Shown here in pieces: positions 16,946 through 25,559 of a stretch of DNA of 64,000 bases. The notes below the pieces were generated by a model. The model saw nothing but the letters and a program-made list of their open reading frames with translations. It was not told where the DNA came from and searched no databases. The position numbers and the translations under genes were made by a program. Source of the stretch: an uncultured Acidobacteriaceae bacterium (GTDB lineage Bacteria; Acidobacteriota; Terriglobia; Terriglobales; Acidobacteriaceae); contig CAWHXN010000008.1 of assembly GCA_963833305.1 (NCBI GenBank), positions 171,572 to 235,571 of the forward strand. Reading direction: 5' to 3'. The stretch's first letter is position 1. Each line of letters starts with the position of its first letter.

Positions 16946-18610
16946 TTAATAGACAAACTCCAAGCCTGCCACTGCTGTGTTGGTGTGGAACGGATTCAAT
17001 GCGACTGGCAGGCCGGTCAACGGATTGGTGGCGATGACGACAGACTGCGACGGACGGAACTCGTATTCGAATGACGCTTTGATGTTGGGATGAATCAGGA
17101 ATTGCACACCCGGCGTGAATCGGTTGCGCGTGGAACTGAATGGCGCGTTGAACGGGCTGCCGGTAAACGACGGATTCGTACTGAGACCATTGATGCGGTC
17201 TGCCGTCGAGTTCACTCCGTCATAGCGCATCAGCACCATCATCCATGGGTAGGCCAGCCATTCGACGTCAGCAAAGCCGCCGCTGAACGTCGCCGGCGTG
17301 CTGTGGATGAAACCTGTCGGCACGGCAGTGCTGAGATTTTGCAGAGCGATAAGATTGCCGCTGCCATCGACGGGCAGCAGATTTTCGTCGTGCCCAAACA
17401 TGTAAAGCGCGTTGAACTGCAGGCAGCAACGATAATTGAAAGTAAAGTTGCCGCCCACGCGGTAGAAAGGTTCGCGCGCCGTGATGACCGACGATGTGCC
17501 GTCGGCCGCTGCTCCCAACAGCCTTTGTACCGAGCGGCCGTAAAACGAGAAGGCACCGAAATTGACGTAGGTGTGATCGCGCGGGCCGGTGGCGCCCGCT
17601 GCCTGGATGGCGGTACGGCTTTCCTTGTCCCGCTCCAGATTGAAGCGGTAGTTGAACGTGGCATAGATGTCTTTGAAGTTCGCGTCAGACGCCACGCCTA
17701 GCCCGCCGTTATTACTGCCTGTAGCCTGCGGAACGTACGGACTTCCGGGATTCTGGTCCTGTCCCACTCCGCTGGTGTTCTGGTCGATGACCGCAATCGA
17801 ATAGTTATAACCTCCGGTGTGCAGTCCGCCGCTTACTTCGATGCCTTTGCCTACATCGGCCATCTGGAACTGGTTATTGACGAACTGTTGCAGCGGAACC
17901 AGCGAATTCATGGCGCCGATATTGGCCTGGGTATAAATGTCGTAGGGACTGATCCAAATGCTGCGGGCCTGGGTGAACGGCAATTCCAGTTCGAACTGAC
18001 CGATCTTCAGATTGAGCGAGTTCTTCGGCAGTTTGATCAGGCGTCCGACGTTAACGAACTTGAGGTAACCGTCGCCCAGCTCCCCGTTCGCGTTCGCGCC
18101 GCTGACGCTGATATCGTCGTCCACCCAGAATGCGATGTCGCTGCCAAAATTGCCCGCGGTGAAGATGCTAAAGAGCCCAGTCTCGAAATCGGTGGTTGGA
18201 ACAAACGGCGGCAAAGTTCCGGCTGGCGTGAGAGCTGCGAATTTTCCGCTACTGGTCCCCGTGTACTGGAAATAGTTATTCATGCGCAATCCGATCGGCG
18301 GGATTCCCGGGATGGTTCCGGGCCAGATCGCTTTCGGCCAGAGTTCGGCGTTGGCCGGCGCGCCCAGCATGACCGGCGGAATCTTCAGCATCGCCTCATC
18401 GTCCTTGGGAAACTTGAAGCCGGCATCTTTGAAGGCCTTGCCGAAATCGTTCAGCTTGGGAAAGTCAAGATGGCAGGTGCTGCAACTGGTGCCATACATG
18501 CGAGCGAAGGCTGGAATCGCCAAAGCCCGGTTCGCCAATCCCGACGAGAGCAGAAAGAACATCACCAGCAGCGACAACTTTTGGACCGCACGGTATTTTT
18601 GCCGTGACAT
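16946..18610 (-). CDS. putative fused monohaem cytochrome c / outer-membrane beta-barrel (Cyc2-like architecture)
   Basis: Signal peptide, then 'IPAFARMYGTSCSTCH' (CxxCH at 18470-18484). About 500 aa of alternating beta-strand-like sequence rich in G/N/Y/F. C-terminus '...VAGLEFVY' is a typical OMP terminal aromatic. Confidence 0.65.
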   Translation of the reverse strand: MSRQKYRAVQKLSLLVMFFLLSSGLANRALAIPAFARMYGTSCSTCHLDFPKLNDFGKAFKDAGFKFPKDDEAMLKIPPVMLGAPANAELWPKAIWPGTIPGIPPIGLRMNNYFQYTGTSSGKFAALTPAGTLPPFVPTTDFETGLFSIFTAGNFGSDIAFWVDDDISVSGANANGELGDGYLKFVNVGRLIKLPKNSLNLKIGQFELELPFTQARSIWISPYDIYTQANIGAMNSLVPLQQFVNNQFQMADVGKGIEVSGGLHTGGYNYSIAVIDQNTSGVGQDQNPGSPYVPQATGSNNGGLGVASDANFKDIYATFNYRFNLERDKESRTAIQAAGATGPRDHTYVNFGAFSFYGRSVQRLLGAAADGTSSVITAREPFYRVGGNFTFNYRCCLQFNALYMFGHDENLLPVDGSGNLIALQNLSTAVPTGFIHSTPATFSGGFADVEWLAYPWMMVLMRYDGVNSTADRINGLSTNPSFTGSPFNAPFSSTRNRFTPGVQFLIHPNIKASFEYEFRPSQSVVIATNPLTGLPVALNPFHTNTAVAGLEFVY

Positions 18611-18656
18611 TAACAGTTCTCCTTTAGCGCAGACAAAATGATTGAGCTTCCCTGAT

Positions 18657-19910
18657 TCACTGGGCCACCAGCCTCTTAGCCTTGGTCTGCACGCGGTGAC
18701 GAACTGGAATCTGGCTTCGGATTTCGCTCTCCGCCGCCAGCCTCTTAAGCTCGTGCATGGTGAAAGCCAGTCCGCCCACCAGGAGCACGATTACGAATCC
18801 ACCCAAGCCAAGCAGCGCCAGCGTCGCGGTTAGGCCCGGGATATCGCCGGCTTGCGATGGCGTGCTGCGCAACGCGCCTTGTGGGGATGAACTACCGAAG
18901 CCGCCCGCGGCGGAAGGTGGCTCGCCCTTGCTTCCCAGATCCTGCTGGACTACTCCTACAGCGTAGGAGCTGGCTAATCTTGCAGGTGGATAGTGCGTCA
19001 GATACAGGTACACATCGGCAGCTTCACTCTGGCTGAGGTAATAGAACACGGGCATGCGGCCGCGGTGCGGCGTTGGTGGAGTGCCCATCGTGATCGGCGC
19101 TCCCGCCGTAACCTTGCGGACGAACTCGGACGCGCTAACGCGAGTAGCCAGCGTTTCCAGGGGCGGAATCGCTCCGTCCTCCAGTTGTTGCGGGGTGGGA
19201 TTTGCCCCGGCCGCATCGTGACATGTGTGGCAAGTCGACTTCACAATCTCCTCGCCCACACGTATCGGCGACTCCGCCACGGCGGCCTGCTCGTTCGGCG
19301 CTCCCTCCACGCCGGCCAACTGCTTCAGGTAAGCAACCAGGGCGCTGATCTCCGCTTCGCTCAACTGCGGAAACGCCGGCATGTTCTCGCCGCCGGCGTG
19401 GAGGCGCTGCAACAATGCGGTCTTCGACTGCCGGGCGAGCTCGCCGGCATCGCGCCTGCTCATCTCAATGCCGCGTTCTTTCATTCGCGCCATCACCAGC
19501 GTCACAGAAGTTGCCCGCACCGGATTGATAACGGAGTTGATTTCCGGCGGCGCTCCCAGGCCAGACTCGCCGTGGCAGCCCTGGCAGTTGATGCGATAGA
19601 GATCGGAACCGTGAAGCATCACGGATTGGGCAGCGCTTGGCGGGGCTGACCATTGCCAATCTGCGGCGTTATGGTCGCCGGTGTCTGACGGAGGCGGCCC
19701 CAAACGACCGGTTTTTCCCATGCTGGTGTCGCCAAACGACCGATGCAGATGATTGAGCCAGCTTTCGCCCGCTACGGCCGTCACTGGAACATCGGTCGTG
19801 CGACCAGCACCGCCTGCATCGGCAGCCTGACTCAGCGTGACCAGTGCACCCAGACTAGCGAGTGTCATGACACAACGTAAATACCTGTAGCTTGCCACCA
19901 TCTCCTCCAT
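18657..19910 (-). CDS. dihaem c-type cytochrome with C-terminal membrane anchor
   Basis: Two CxxCH motifs ('CQGCH', 'CHTCH'), an N-terminal signal-like segment, and C-terminal TM 'LTATLALLGLGGFVIVLLVGGLAF'. Confidence 0.8.
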   Translation of the reverse strand: MEEMVASYRYLRCVMTLASLGALVTLSQAADAGGAGRTTDVPVTAVAGESWLNHLHRSFGDTSMGKTGRLGPPPSDTGDHNAADWQWSAPPSAAQSVMLHGSDLYRINCQGCHGESGLGAPPEINSVINPVRATSVTLVMARMKERGIEMSRRDAGELARQSKTALLQRLHAGGENMPAFPQLSEAEISALVAYLKQLAGVEGAPNEQAAVAESPIRVGEEIVKSTCHTCHDAAGANPTPQQLEDGAIPPLETLATRVSASEFVRKVTAGAPITMGTPPTPHRGRMPVFYYLSQSEAADVYLYLTHYPPARLASSYAVGVVQQDLGSKGEPPSAAGGFGSSSPQGALRSTPSQAGDIPGLTATLALLGLGGFVIVLLVGGLAFTMHELKRLAAESEIRSQIPVRHRVQTKAKRLVAQ

Positions 19911-20107
19911 GCGGCGATGAGTTCAAGCTACGAGGATGTATAAGTCAGGTTGTCAGCGAATCGTGAGGATGGTGTCAAAGTTTCGGAACAGGATTACTTC
20001 ATGCGGCCAAGCGGAATATCAGTGTTTGTGGGCAGAATGTTCATCAAGATTGAACAAGACACAATCTGGCGTGGACTGCAGAAAGTAACATCGACAACCA
20101 ACTCGAA

Positions 20108-20644
20108 CTACTTCGACAAAATCTCGAATACATCCAACCCGAGCTTGCGCGCTTCCGCCCCAAACGATTCCGTAAAGTCTTCTTTACCGCGCGAGGCGCC
20201 TTCCCAAATCAATAATGCGCCAGCCGCTTCCTGAGTTTGGCCTGCCAACGCGACAGCTTCCTTGAGGATCACTTTGTTGGTCGCGCCGTACGGGTCGTCG
20301 TCTTCGGTCTTGCCGAGAACCAGCAGATCGCCTTTGGCTTCGACCTCATCGATGATTTGATCGTAGAGAGTGCCCCAATCCCCCGGGCGATCAACTACTG
20401 AAGTTTCACGGAATCGCTCTTGCTCGAACGGCAGGACCACTTTCCTTCGCAAGCCGAGCGAGCCTGCTACGGACAACGCGATTAAGTCAGCTCCGCAGGC
20501 GGCCGAGCTGATCAGCGCGGTGGCTTGCTTGTCCTGAAGCAGCCGGCGCACCTCATCCTTCACGCGGTCCACATTTTGCAGCGGAAACCGTGGCTGCTTC
20601 GCCTGCAAAGCATCAACCCTCCTACCCGACAGCGCTATGATCAT
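20108..20644 (-). CDS. hypothetical protein (Rossmann/SLOG-like pattern, function unknown)
   Basis: 178-aa ORF. 'MIIALSGRR' and 'ALISSAACGADLIAL' loosely resemble nucleotide-binding Rossmann-like folds. No firm family call. Confidence 0.55.
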   Translation of the reverse strand: MIIALSGRRVDALQAKQPRFPLQNVDRVKDEVRRLLQDKQATALISSAACGADLIALSVAGSLGLRRKVVLPFEQERFRETSVVDRPGDWGTLYDQIIDEVEAKGDLLVLGKTEDDDPYGATNKVILKEAVALAGQTQEAAGALLIWEGASRGKEDFTESFGAEARKLGLDVFEILSK

Positions 20645-20964
20645 GCCTCCGCCTCCAAACTTCGCTTAGTATCGCACCCCAGCTCAGCGAGTGAAGTCCG
20701 TCTCAATTTGGCCAAAGCGCACCGAGCCGAGTTTCTGTCGAATTCCCGCTCTGGGAAAATCTTGTCAAGCCCCACAAACGTGCTGAAATCTTTGTAATCA
20801 ATTCATTCGGTTAGAAATATAAAGTTGGCCAATTACCAGCGAAAACCGCCCTGAATGTGCTATACTTGTGTTTAGAGAGTCAGGAAAGGAAACTAGTTCC
20901 TTCCTGACTCTTCTTGTTTCTACTCGCCGCTGGCCCGGGGGGGACCGCGATGAGCCTGAAACGG

Positions 20965-20989
20965 CCGTCCCGCTGAGGGGCGGTTTTTT
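20965..20989 (+). terminator. intrinsic-terminator-like hairpin plus U-tract
   Basis: 'ccgtccc-gctga-ggggcgg' (7-bp stem with one G:U) followed by 'tttttt'. No plus-strand CDS precedes it. Confidence 0.45.
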
Positions 20990-21080
20990 ATGGTTTCAAA
21001 TACGGGGCGCAAATCTTGGTTTACTGGCTGCTCGAAGAGTCCCCGCCAGCAATGGCTTCGACCAGTTGCTAGTTGGGAAG

Positions 21081-21815
21081 CTACTTGTCGTGCGAAACCG
21101 CTTCTTGCGCCGCGTCGCGAGCCGGCACTTGATTGGCCGGATGTAGCGTGTCGAGGAACGACACCAGCGCGGCGACTTCTGCCGGATTCAGGTTCTTACC
21201 GTAGGCAGGCATATTGCCTCCGCCTTGCAGTACCTGCCGCACCAGTTGATCGTGGGTCATGCGGACGGCAACGCTGTCGAGGTCCGGCCCGCGCATGCCG
21301 CCGGTGCCTCCGATCGAATGACAGTTACGGCACTGCTTTCCCTGGAAGACCGCCGCTCCCTGGCGTTCCAGCGGCGAGCGGCCATTCAGGTATTGGACTG
21401 GCACGGGATCGCCACTCCACGCGTTCATGATCGGACTCCACGGAGTGTATCCAGCAAGATGAGTCAGCGTGCCAAGCGCGACGGCCGTCAGCAAAATCGT
21501 GACCACGGCGATCGGACGCCGCTTCCAACTCTTCTCACCTTCACCGGCGAAGAACGGCAGACATATCAGAAATCCGATAATGACGACCGGCCCGATGAGC
21601 AGCGCCGGCGTTTCCATCTCCGGCGGCAGATACGCCAGCAAGGCATACAGCCACTGGAAGAAGTAATCCGGCTTAGGAACCGTCTGGACAATCGTGGGAT
21701 CGGGCTGACCGTTGGGGCCATAGGGGCCGAAGATCGCGGCACACGCCATCACGCAGACGATGATGAACGCGGAGAAGAACATGTCCTTCCATACTGCGTC
21801 CGGCACGAATGGCAT
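21081..21815 (-). CDS. cytochrome b C-terminal (subunit IV-like) domain fused to a monohaem cytochrome c (QcrC-like)
   Basis: 'PKPDYFFQWLYALLAYLP' is the PEWY-region equivalent. TM helices, then 'CRNCH' and 'GGGNMPAYG'. Confidence 0.8.
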   Translation of the reverse strand: MPFVPDAVWKDMFFSAFIIVCVMACAAIFGPYGPNGQPDPTIVQTVPKPDYFFQWLYALLAYLPPEMETPALLIGPVVIIGFLICLPFFAGEGEKSWKRRPIAVVTILLTAVALGTLTHLAGYTPWSPIMNAWSGDPVPVQYLNGRSPLERQGAAVFQGKQCRNCHSIGGTGGMRGPDLDSVAVRMTHDQLVRQVLQGGGNMPAYGKNLNPAEVAALVSFLDTLHPANQVPARDAAQEAVSHDK

Positions 21816-22544
21816 CGCCGTCTTTCTCCGTCAGCTCGTGGTATTCCTGAATGTACGTGGAGCGACGCACGATCCGACCGGGCATGGGCCACTCGTTGAT
21901 TCCCAGCTTGAGCACCATCAGCAGGTGCAGTGAGACAAATCCGATCAGCAGGCCCGGAATCACGAAAACGTGGATCGCGAAGAACCGCGACAGGGTGTCT
22001 CCGGCAATGATGGGGCCGCCCAGCAGCAAGTGCACCACCCAGGCGCCGATGAACGGCACGCGGCCGCAGATGGCGGCGCCGATGCCTAACCCCCAATAGG
22101 CGTCCTGATCGAAACGCAATACCTGGCCGGTGAAGGCCATGCCTAACGTCATCAGCAACAGGAAGACGCCGATGATCCAGGTCAGCTCGCGCGGGAATTT
22201 GTAGGCGCCGAACATGGCCACCTGCACCATGTGGATGAGCACGATGGCAACCATGAAGTTCGATCCCCACCCGTGTACGCCGCGCAGGAACCAGCCCAGG
22301 GTGACGCCGTGATTCAGATACTGCAGGCTGTTCCAGGCTTCGCCCGCCGAGGGAACGTAAATCAGCGCCAGCATGATGCCGGTGAAGATCTGCAGGATGA
22401 AGACCGTCAGCGCGGCGCTGCCGAAGACATAGAACCAGCTGGCCGACTGAGCGTGGCACTCGGTGCTCCATCGTCTCGCGGACGGTGCTGCCGAGTCTGC
22501 AATCGCTGGTCGAACCAGTCGCCGATCTTCGCTAGCCTTGACAT
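21816..22544 (-). CDS. cytochrome b N-terminal (b6-like) domain, frame-disrupted as given
   Basis: 'MSRLAKIGDWFDQRLQ' (ATG 22544), 'MEHRVP' and 'SASWFYVFGSAALTVFILQIFTGIMLAL...' lie in three different frames within 22440-22505. The remainder ('GWGSNFMVAIVLIHMVQVAMFGAY', 'FFAIHVFVIPG') is in the 21673..22560 ORF. The junction to the next domain ('EKDG|MPFVPD', about 21815) is also out of frame. Confidence 0.75.
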
Positions 22545-23059
22545 CCGTTGCTCCTCGCACGCAGGCTGGCGTTGGTAGAAAGAGTGGGCAGTTGACCCGC
22601 CTCGATCATCAGGCGGCCGCCTTCCACTTTGTACTTGTACTCGAACAGACCGCGCGGCGGTGGGCCTGAGGCGCGCGAGCCGTCCTGGTAATACACTCCG
22701 CCGTGACAGGGACACATGAACAAGCCCGACTGCGGGAACCAGCGTACCGGGCAGCCCAGGTGGGCGCAGTTGATTGCGAAGACCTGGAACGATTCTCCCT
22801 GCAAGCGCCGTACCCAGCAGGGAATGTCGTCGGTCTCGCCGTCCCACGGGTTCGAGATCGGGTTCTTGTATTTCGCCAGCCGGGTCTGGCCTTCGGGAAA
22901 TTCGTCCAGTTCGCCCAGGTTGATCCACTTGCGATAGCGCCCGCCGTCGCCTCGAACAATCGGCGCCAGCAGATAGCCAACTACCGGAGTGGCCAGGACC
23001 ACGACAGCCGCGCCATTCAGAAGCATCCCGATCTTGGCCATCAGATCGCGTCGGGACAT
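22532..23059 (-). CDS. Rieske [2Fe-2S] subunit of the bc-type complex
   Basis: 'MSRRDLMAKIG' Tat-like start at ATG 23059. 'CAHLGCPV' and 'CPCHGG' cluster boxes. Confidence 0.9.
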   Translation of the reverse strand: MSRRDLMAKIGMLLNGAAVVVLATPVVGYLLAPIVRGDGGRYRKWINLGELDEFPEGQTRLAKYKNPISNPWDGETDDIPCWVRRLQGESFQVFAINCAHLGCPVRWFPQSGLFMCPCHGGVYYQDGSRASGPPPRGLFEYKYKVEGGRLMIEAGQLPTLSTNASLRARSNGCQG

Positions 23060-23079
23060 TCCGCCTTTTTCCTGATCGC

Positions 23080-23829
23080 TCAATGCAGTCCTCCGGGCGA
23101 AGAAGTCGTGGAAGTAGAAGTTGAAGCAGAAACCGCTGCCGACGTGTGGCTGGCCGCTGCGCCGCCAGCCATGCCACAACGTCAGAGATCTCCTGATCGT
23201 TCATCGGATGTCCGGGAACGTTGTTGCGCCAGTCAGGTGCGTTGAAGTCCGGGCGTCCGATGATGACGATGGTCCGCAATCCTTGATCGGTGATCAGGCT
23301 CAGATAGTGCGGGTTCACGATGGAGCCGACTTTCGGGCCGCCCTTGCCATCCACTCCATGGCATGAGGCGCAGAATGTTCCGAAGGCTGTCGCTCCTTGC
23401 TGCGCATTGCCGGGAGCTTTTGCCGCGTAAGGCGGAGCCGCGACACCCTGCAGAATTTGCGGCTGCCCCCAGCGCTGCCGGATGCCCTGAATGATGGCAT
23501 CGATTTGCTTGTCGGTGAGCATGCCGCCTTCACTCTGCGCGAAGGCCGACATCGCCGTTCCGTGTCTCCCTTTGGAGATCGCATTGCGAAGCGCGTCGTC
23601 GTTCACCACTGCTAGATACACCGGATCGCCGATAGGCGGCGCCGGCCCCAGTTTGCCGTCGGCGCCGTGGCATCCGGCGCAGTTCTGGCTATAGAGCACG
23701 ACCGGATCCAGAATATCTGTCGGCCGTCTGACAATGTCGGAGGGAGTGGGCTTGCCCGGCAAGTTGCATCCAGCCAGCGCCAGCAGCGCGGCGAGCCAAC
23801 CTATGGCAAAACGCGACGCGAGACCTCAT
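23080..23829 (-). CDS. dihaem cytochrome c lipoprotein, frame-disrupted as given
   Basis: 'CAGCH' and 'CASCH'. The lipobox 'LAALLALAGC' is in-frame with the body, but its ATG (23829-23827, ATGA-coupled to the upstream stop) is 1 nt out of frame across an A4 run at 23808-23811. The C-terminus reaches a stop (23080-23082) only after another shift near 23160. The 451-aa track ORF otherwise runs on through the Rieske gene. Confidence 0.75.
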
Positions 23830-24690
23830 GGCTTCTTGTCCTCGTCGTCCCGTTCGTGCATAAGCCCGGGAGCTTCGATGCCCGCTCGCATGGCCAGCGG
23901 CATGTTCTCCGAGGTCAAGACTTTGTTTTGCCGTGCAACCACAAAACCCGCGACCACTCCAAAGCCGACCTGCGATACCGCGAACCACCACCAGTTAATA
24001 CGCTGGTCCAGCAGAGGATTCACGAATCCCAGATATGTGATACAGCAGTCCCGTCCACAGCAGTGGCCCGATGATGCCGCCCAGCAGGATCGGCCGCGTC
24101 GGCAGCAGCGGCAGCATCGCGCCATACAGCAGTCCCACAAGCAGGCACATCGTGATGTGCATCGCCAGGGCGAACAAGAACCAGTCCAGCCGGAAGTGCA
24201 TCATCGCTTCCATCGTGGGAGTCGACGACGGAGAGTACAGAGTGCCGGCCAGCAGGTTAATCGGATACCACACACTGTGGTACATCGCTACGCCATAGAT
24301 GACGGCCAGAATGGCCATGGCAACGCCGCCTGCCAGACCACCTTTCACGCCGGCCGAGATGGGATAGATCTTCGGATCGGCAGCCAGGCGCGTTGTACCT
24401 GTTGCGCGACTTCCATCCGCCTGACCTCACGCGGAGGAACCACGGCGGCGGGCTCCTCGGGTTTCAGCGCTATCGGCTCGTGGTGCTCGTGCGGCAGCAC
24501 TTCGCGGAACCAGCCCACCGCTCCAAAGATAGTCAGGATCGCTCCCAGTACGCTGACCGTGGCGTTGGTGAGCAGCCCGGCAAACATCAACGCAGGTTCC
24601 CATCGCCATGGCGAACGGCCACGCGGTCGGCGCCGGCATCTCCACGAACTTGCCTTCCGTGCTGCGTTCTGGCTGTGTCTCGTTATTCAT
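23826..24690 (-). CDS. polytopic membrane protein of unknown function in the oxidase operon, frame-disrupted as given
   Basis: Four track ORF pieces read continuously: 'MNNETQPERSTEGKFVEMPAPTAWPFAMAMG' / 'MFAGLLTNATVSVLGAILTIFGAVGWF' / 'GGLAGGVAMAILAVIYG...PLLWTGLLYHI' / 'GFVNPLLDQRINWWWFAVSQVGFG'. Shifts lie near 24595, 24355 and 24040. Confidence 0.6.
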
Positions 24691-24744
24691 GAATCGATTC
24701 TTGATGGGGCGCACCTTTAGGTGCGTCGGATAAACACTCAACTC

Positions 24745-24787
24745 TTGTCATCCCGAGCAGACTTCAGTCCGCGAGGATCTGCTTTTC
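24745..24787. repeat. REP-like intergenic element, copy 1 (TTGTCATCC...GGATCTGCTTTTC family)
   Basis: 'ttgtcatcccgagcagacttcagtccgcgaggatctgcttttc' immediately downstream of coxIII. Confidence 0.8.
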
Positions 24788-25384
24788 ACCGCGCAATGAA
24801 ATAAACCACCGACAGCACCACCACCCAGATGGCATCCACAAAATGCCAGTACATGGCAAACACACCGATGCGTTCCGAGTGTTCCTGCCTCACGTGTCCC
24901 AGCGCGGTAAGGATCATGATGATCGTCAGCCCGGTCGCGCCCACAATCACGTGAAAGGCGTGCAGTCCCACCAGCGAATAAAACGTCGTGCCGAACAGAT
25001 TGGTGCTGATCGTCAACCCTTTGTGATAGATCAGCCCGTGCCACTCGCGCGCCGTGCCCAGCAGGAAGATCACGCCCAGCACGATGGTCAGCAGCCAGAA
25101 CAGCGCCAAATCGTTTGATATTGCCGCGATGGATCGCTTTCTCCGCCAGCACAATCGTCAGGCTGCTGGAGAACAGGCAGATCGACGTCGAAGATCGGAA
25201 CCTCCAGCACCTGTGCCGGCGTTGGCCCGCTCAGGCTCTTGCCCGCGTAGTACAGGTAAGCCACGACGAAGATGCTGAAGATCGCCGACTCTGCCGCGAT
25301 CAGACACCACATGCCGACCTTGCCGCGCATGTGCGCGGAGAGCGGCATCTCGCTTTGCGGCACGGCTATCGTCGTTGCTGCCAA
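24786..25384 (-). CDS. ctaE: cytochrome c oxidase subunit III, frame-disrupted as given
   Basis: 'HMRGKVGMWCLIAAESAIFSIF', 'STSICLFSSSLTIVLAEKAIHRGN' and 'LALFWLLTIVLGVIFLLGTAREWH...HAFHVIVG...YWHFVDAIWVV' sit in three frames. Shifts lie near 25190 and at the A3 run 25108-25110. The start (TTG 25384 behind AAGGAG, or ATG 25348) is uncertain. Confidence 0.8.
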
Positions 25385-25483
25385 CCCTCTTCTCCTTTGC
25401 GCTCGAGCCCGCCGTCGCGTTCTGATTTGACGGTTTTGAAAGAGCACAGCTTTAGCTGCGCCGTCCTTCAGTTCTTTTAATAC

Positions 25484-25527
25484 TTGTCATCCCGAGCCGA
25501 CTTTAGTCGGCGAGGGATCTGCTTTTC
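25484..25527. repeat. REP-like intergenic element, copy 2
   Basis: 'ttgtcatcccgagccgactttagtcggcgagggatctgcttttc' with internal hairpin gccgac/gtcggc, between coxI and coxIII. Confidence 0.8.
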
Positions 25528-25559
25528 CGCTGCTTCGGCATCCTTATCCACTCACCAAA

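Noticed and set aside
22407-23762. 451-aa ORF taken at face value as one cytochrome c protein
   Set aside because: Only the first roughly 200 aa (two CxxCH motifs) are real. The remainder is an Arg-rich read-through across the Rieske gene in a different frame, and it happens to re-enter the cytochrome b start frame ('MSRLAKIGDWF').
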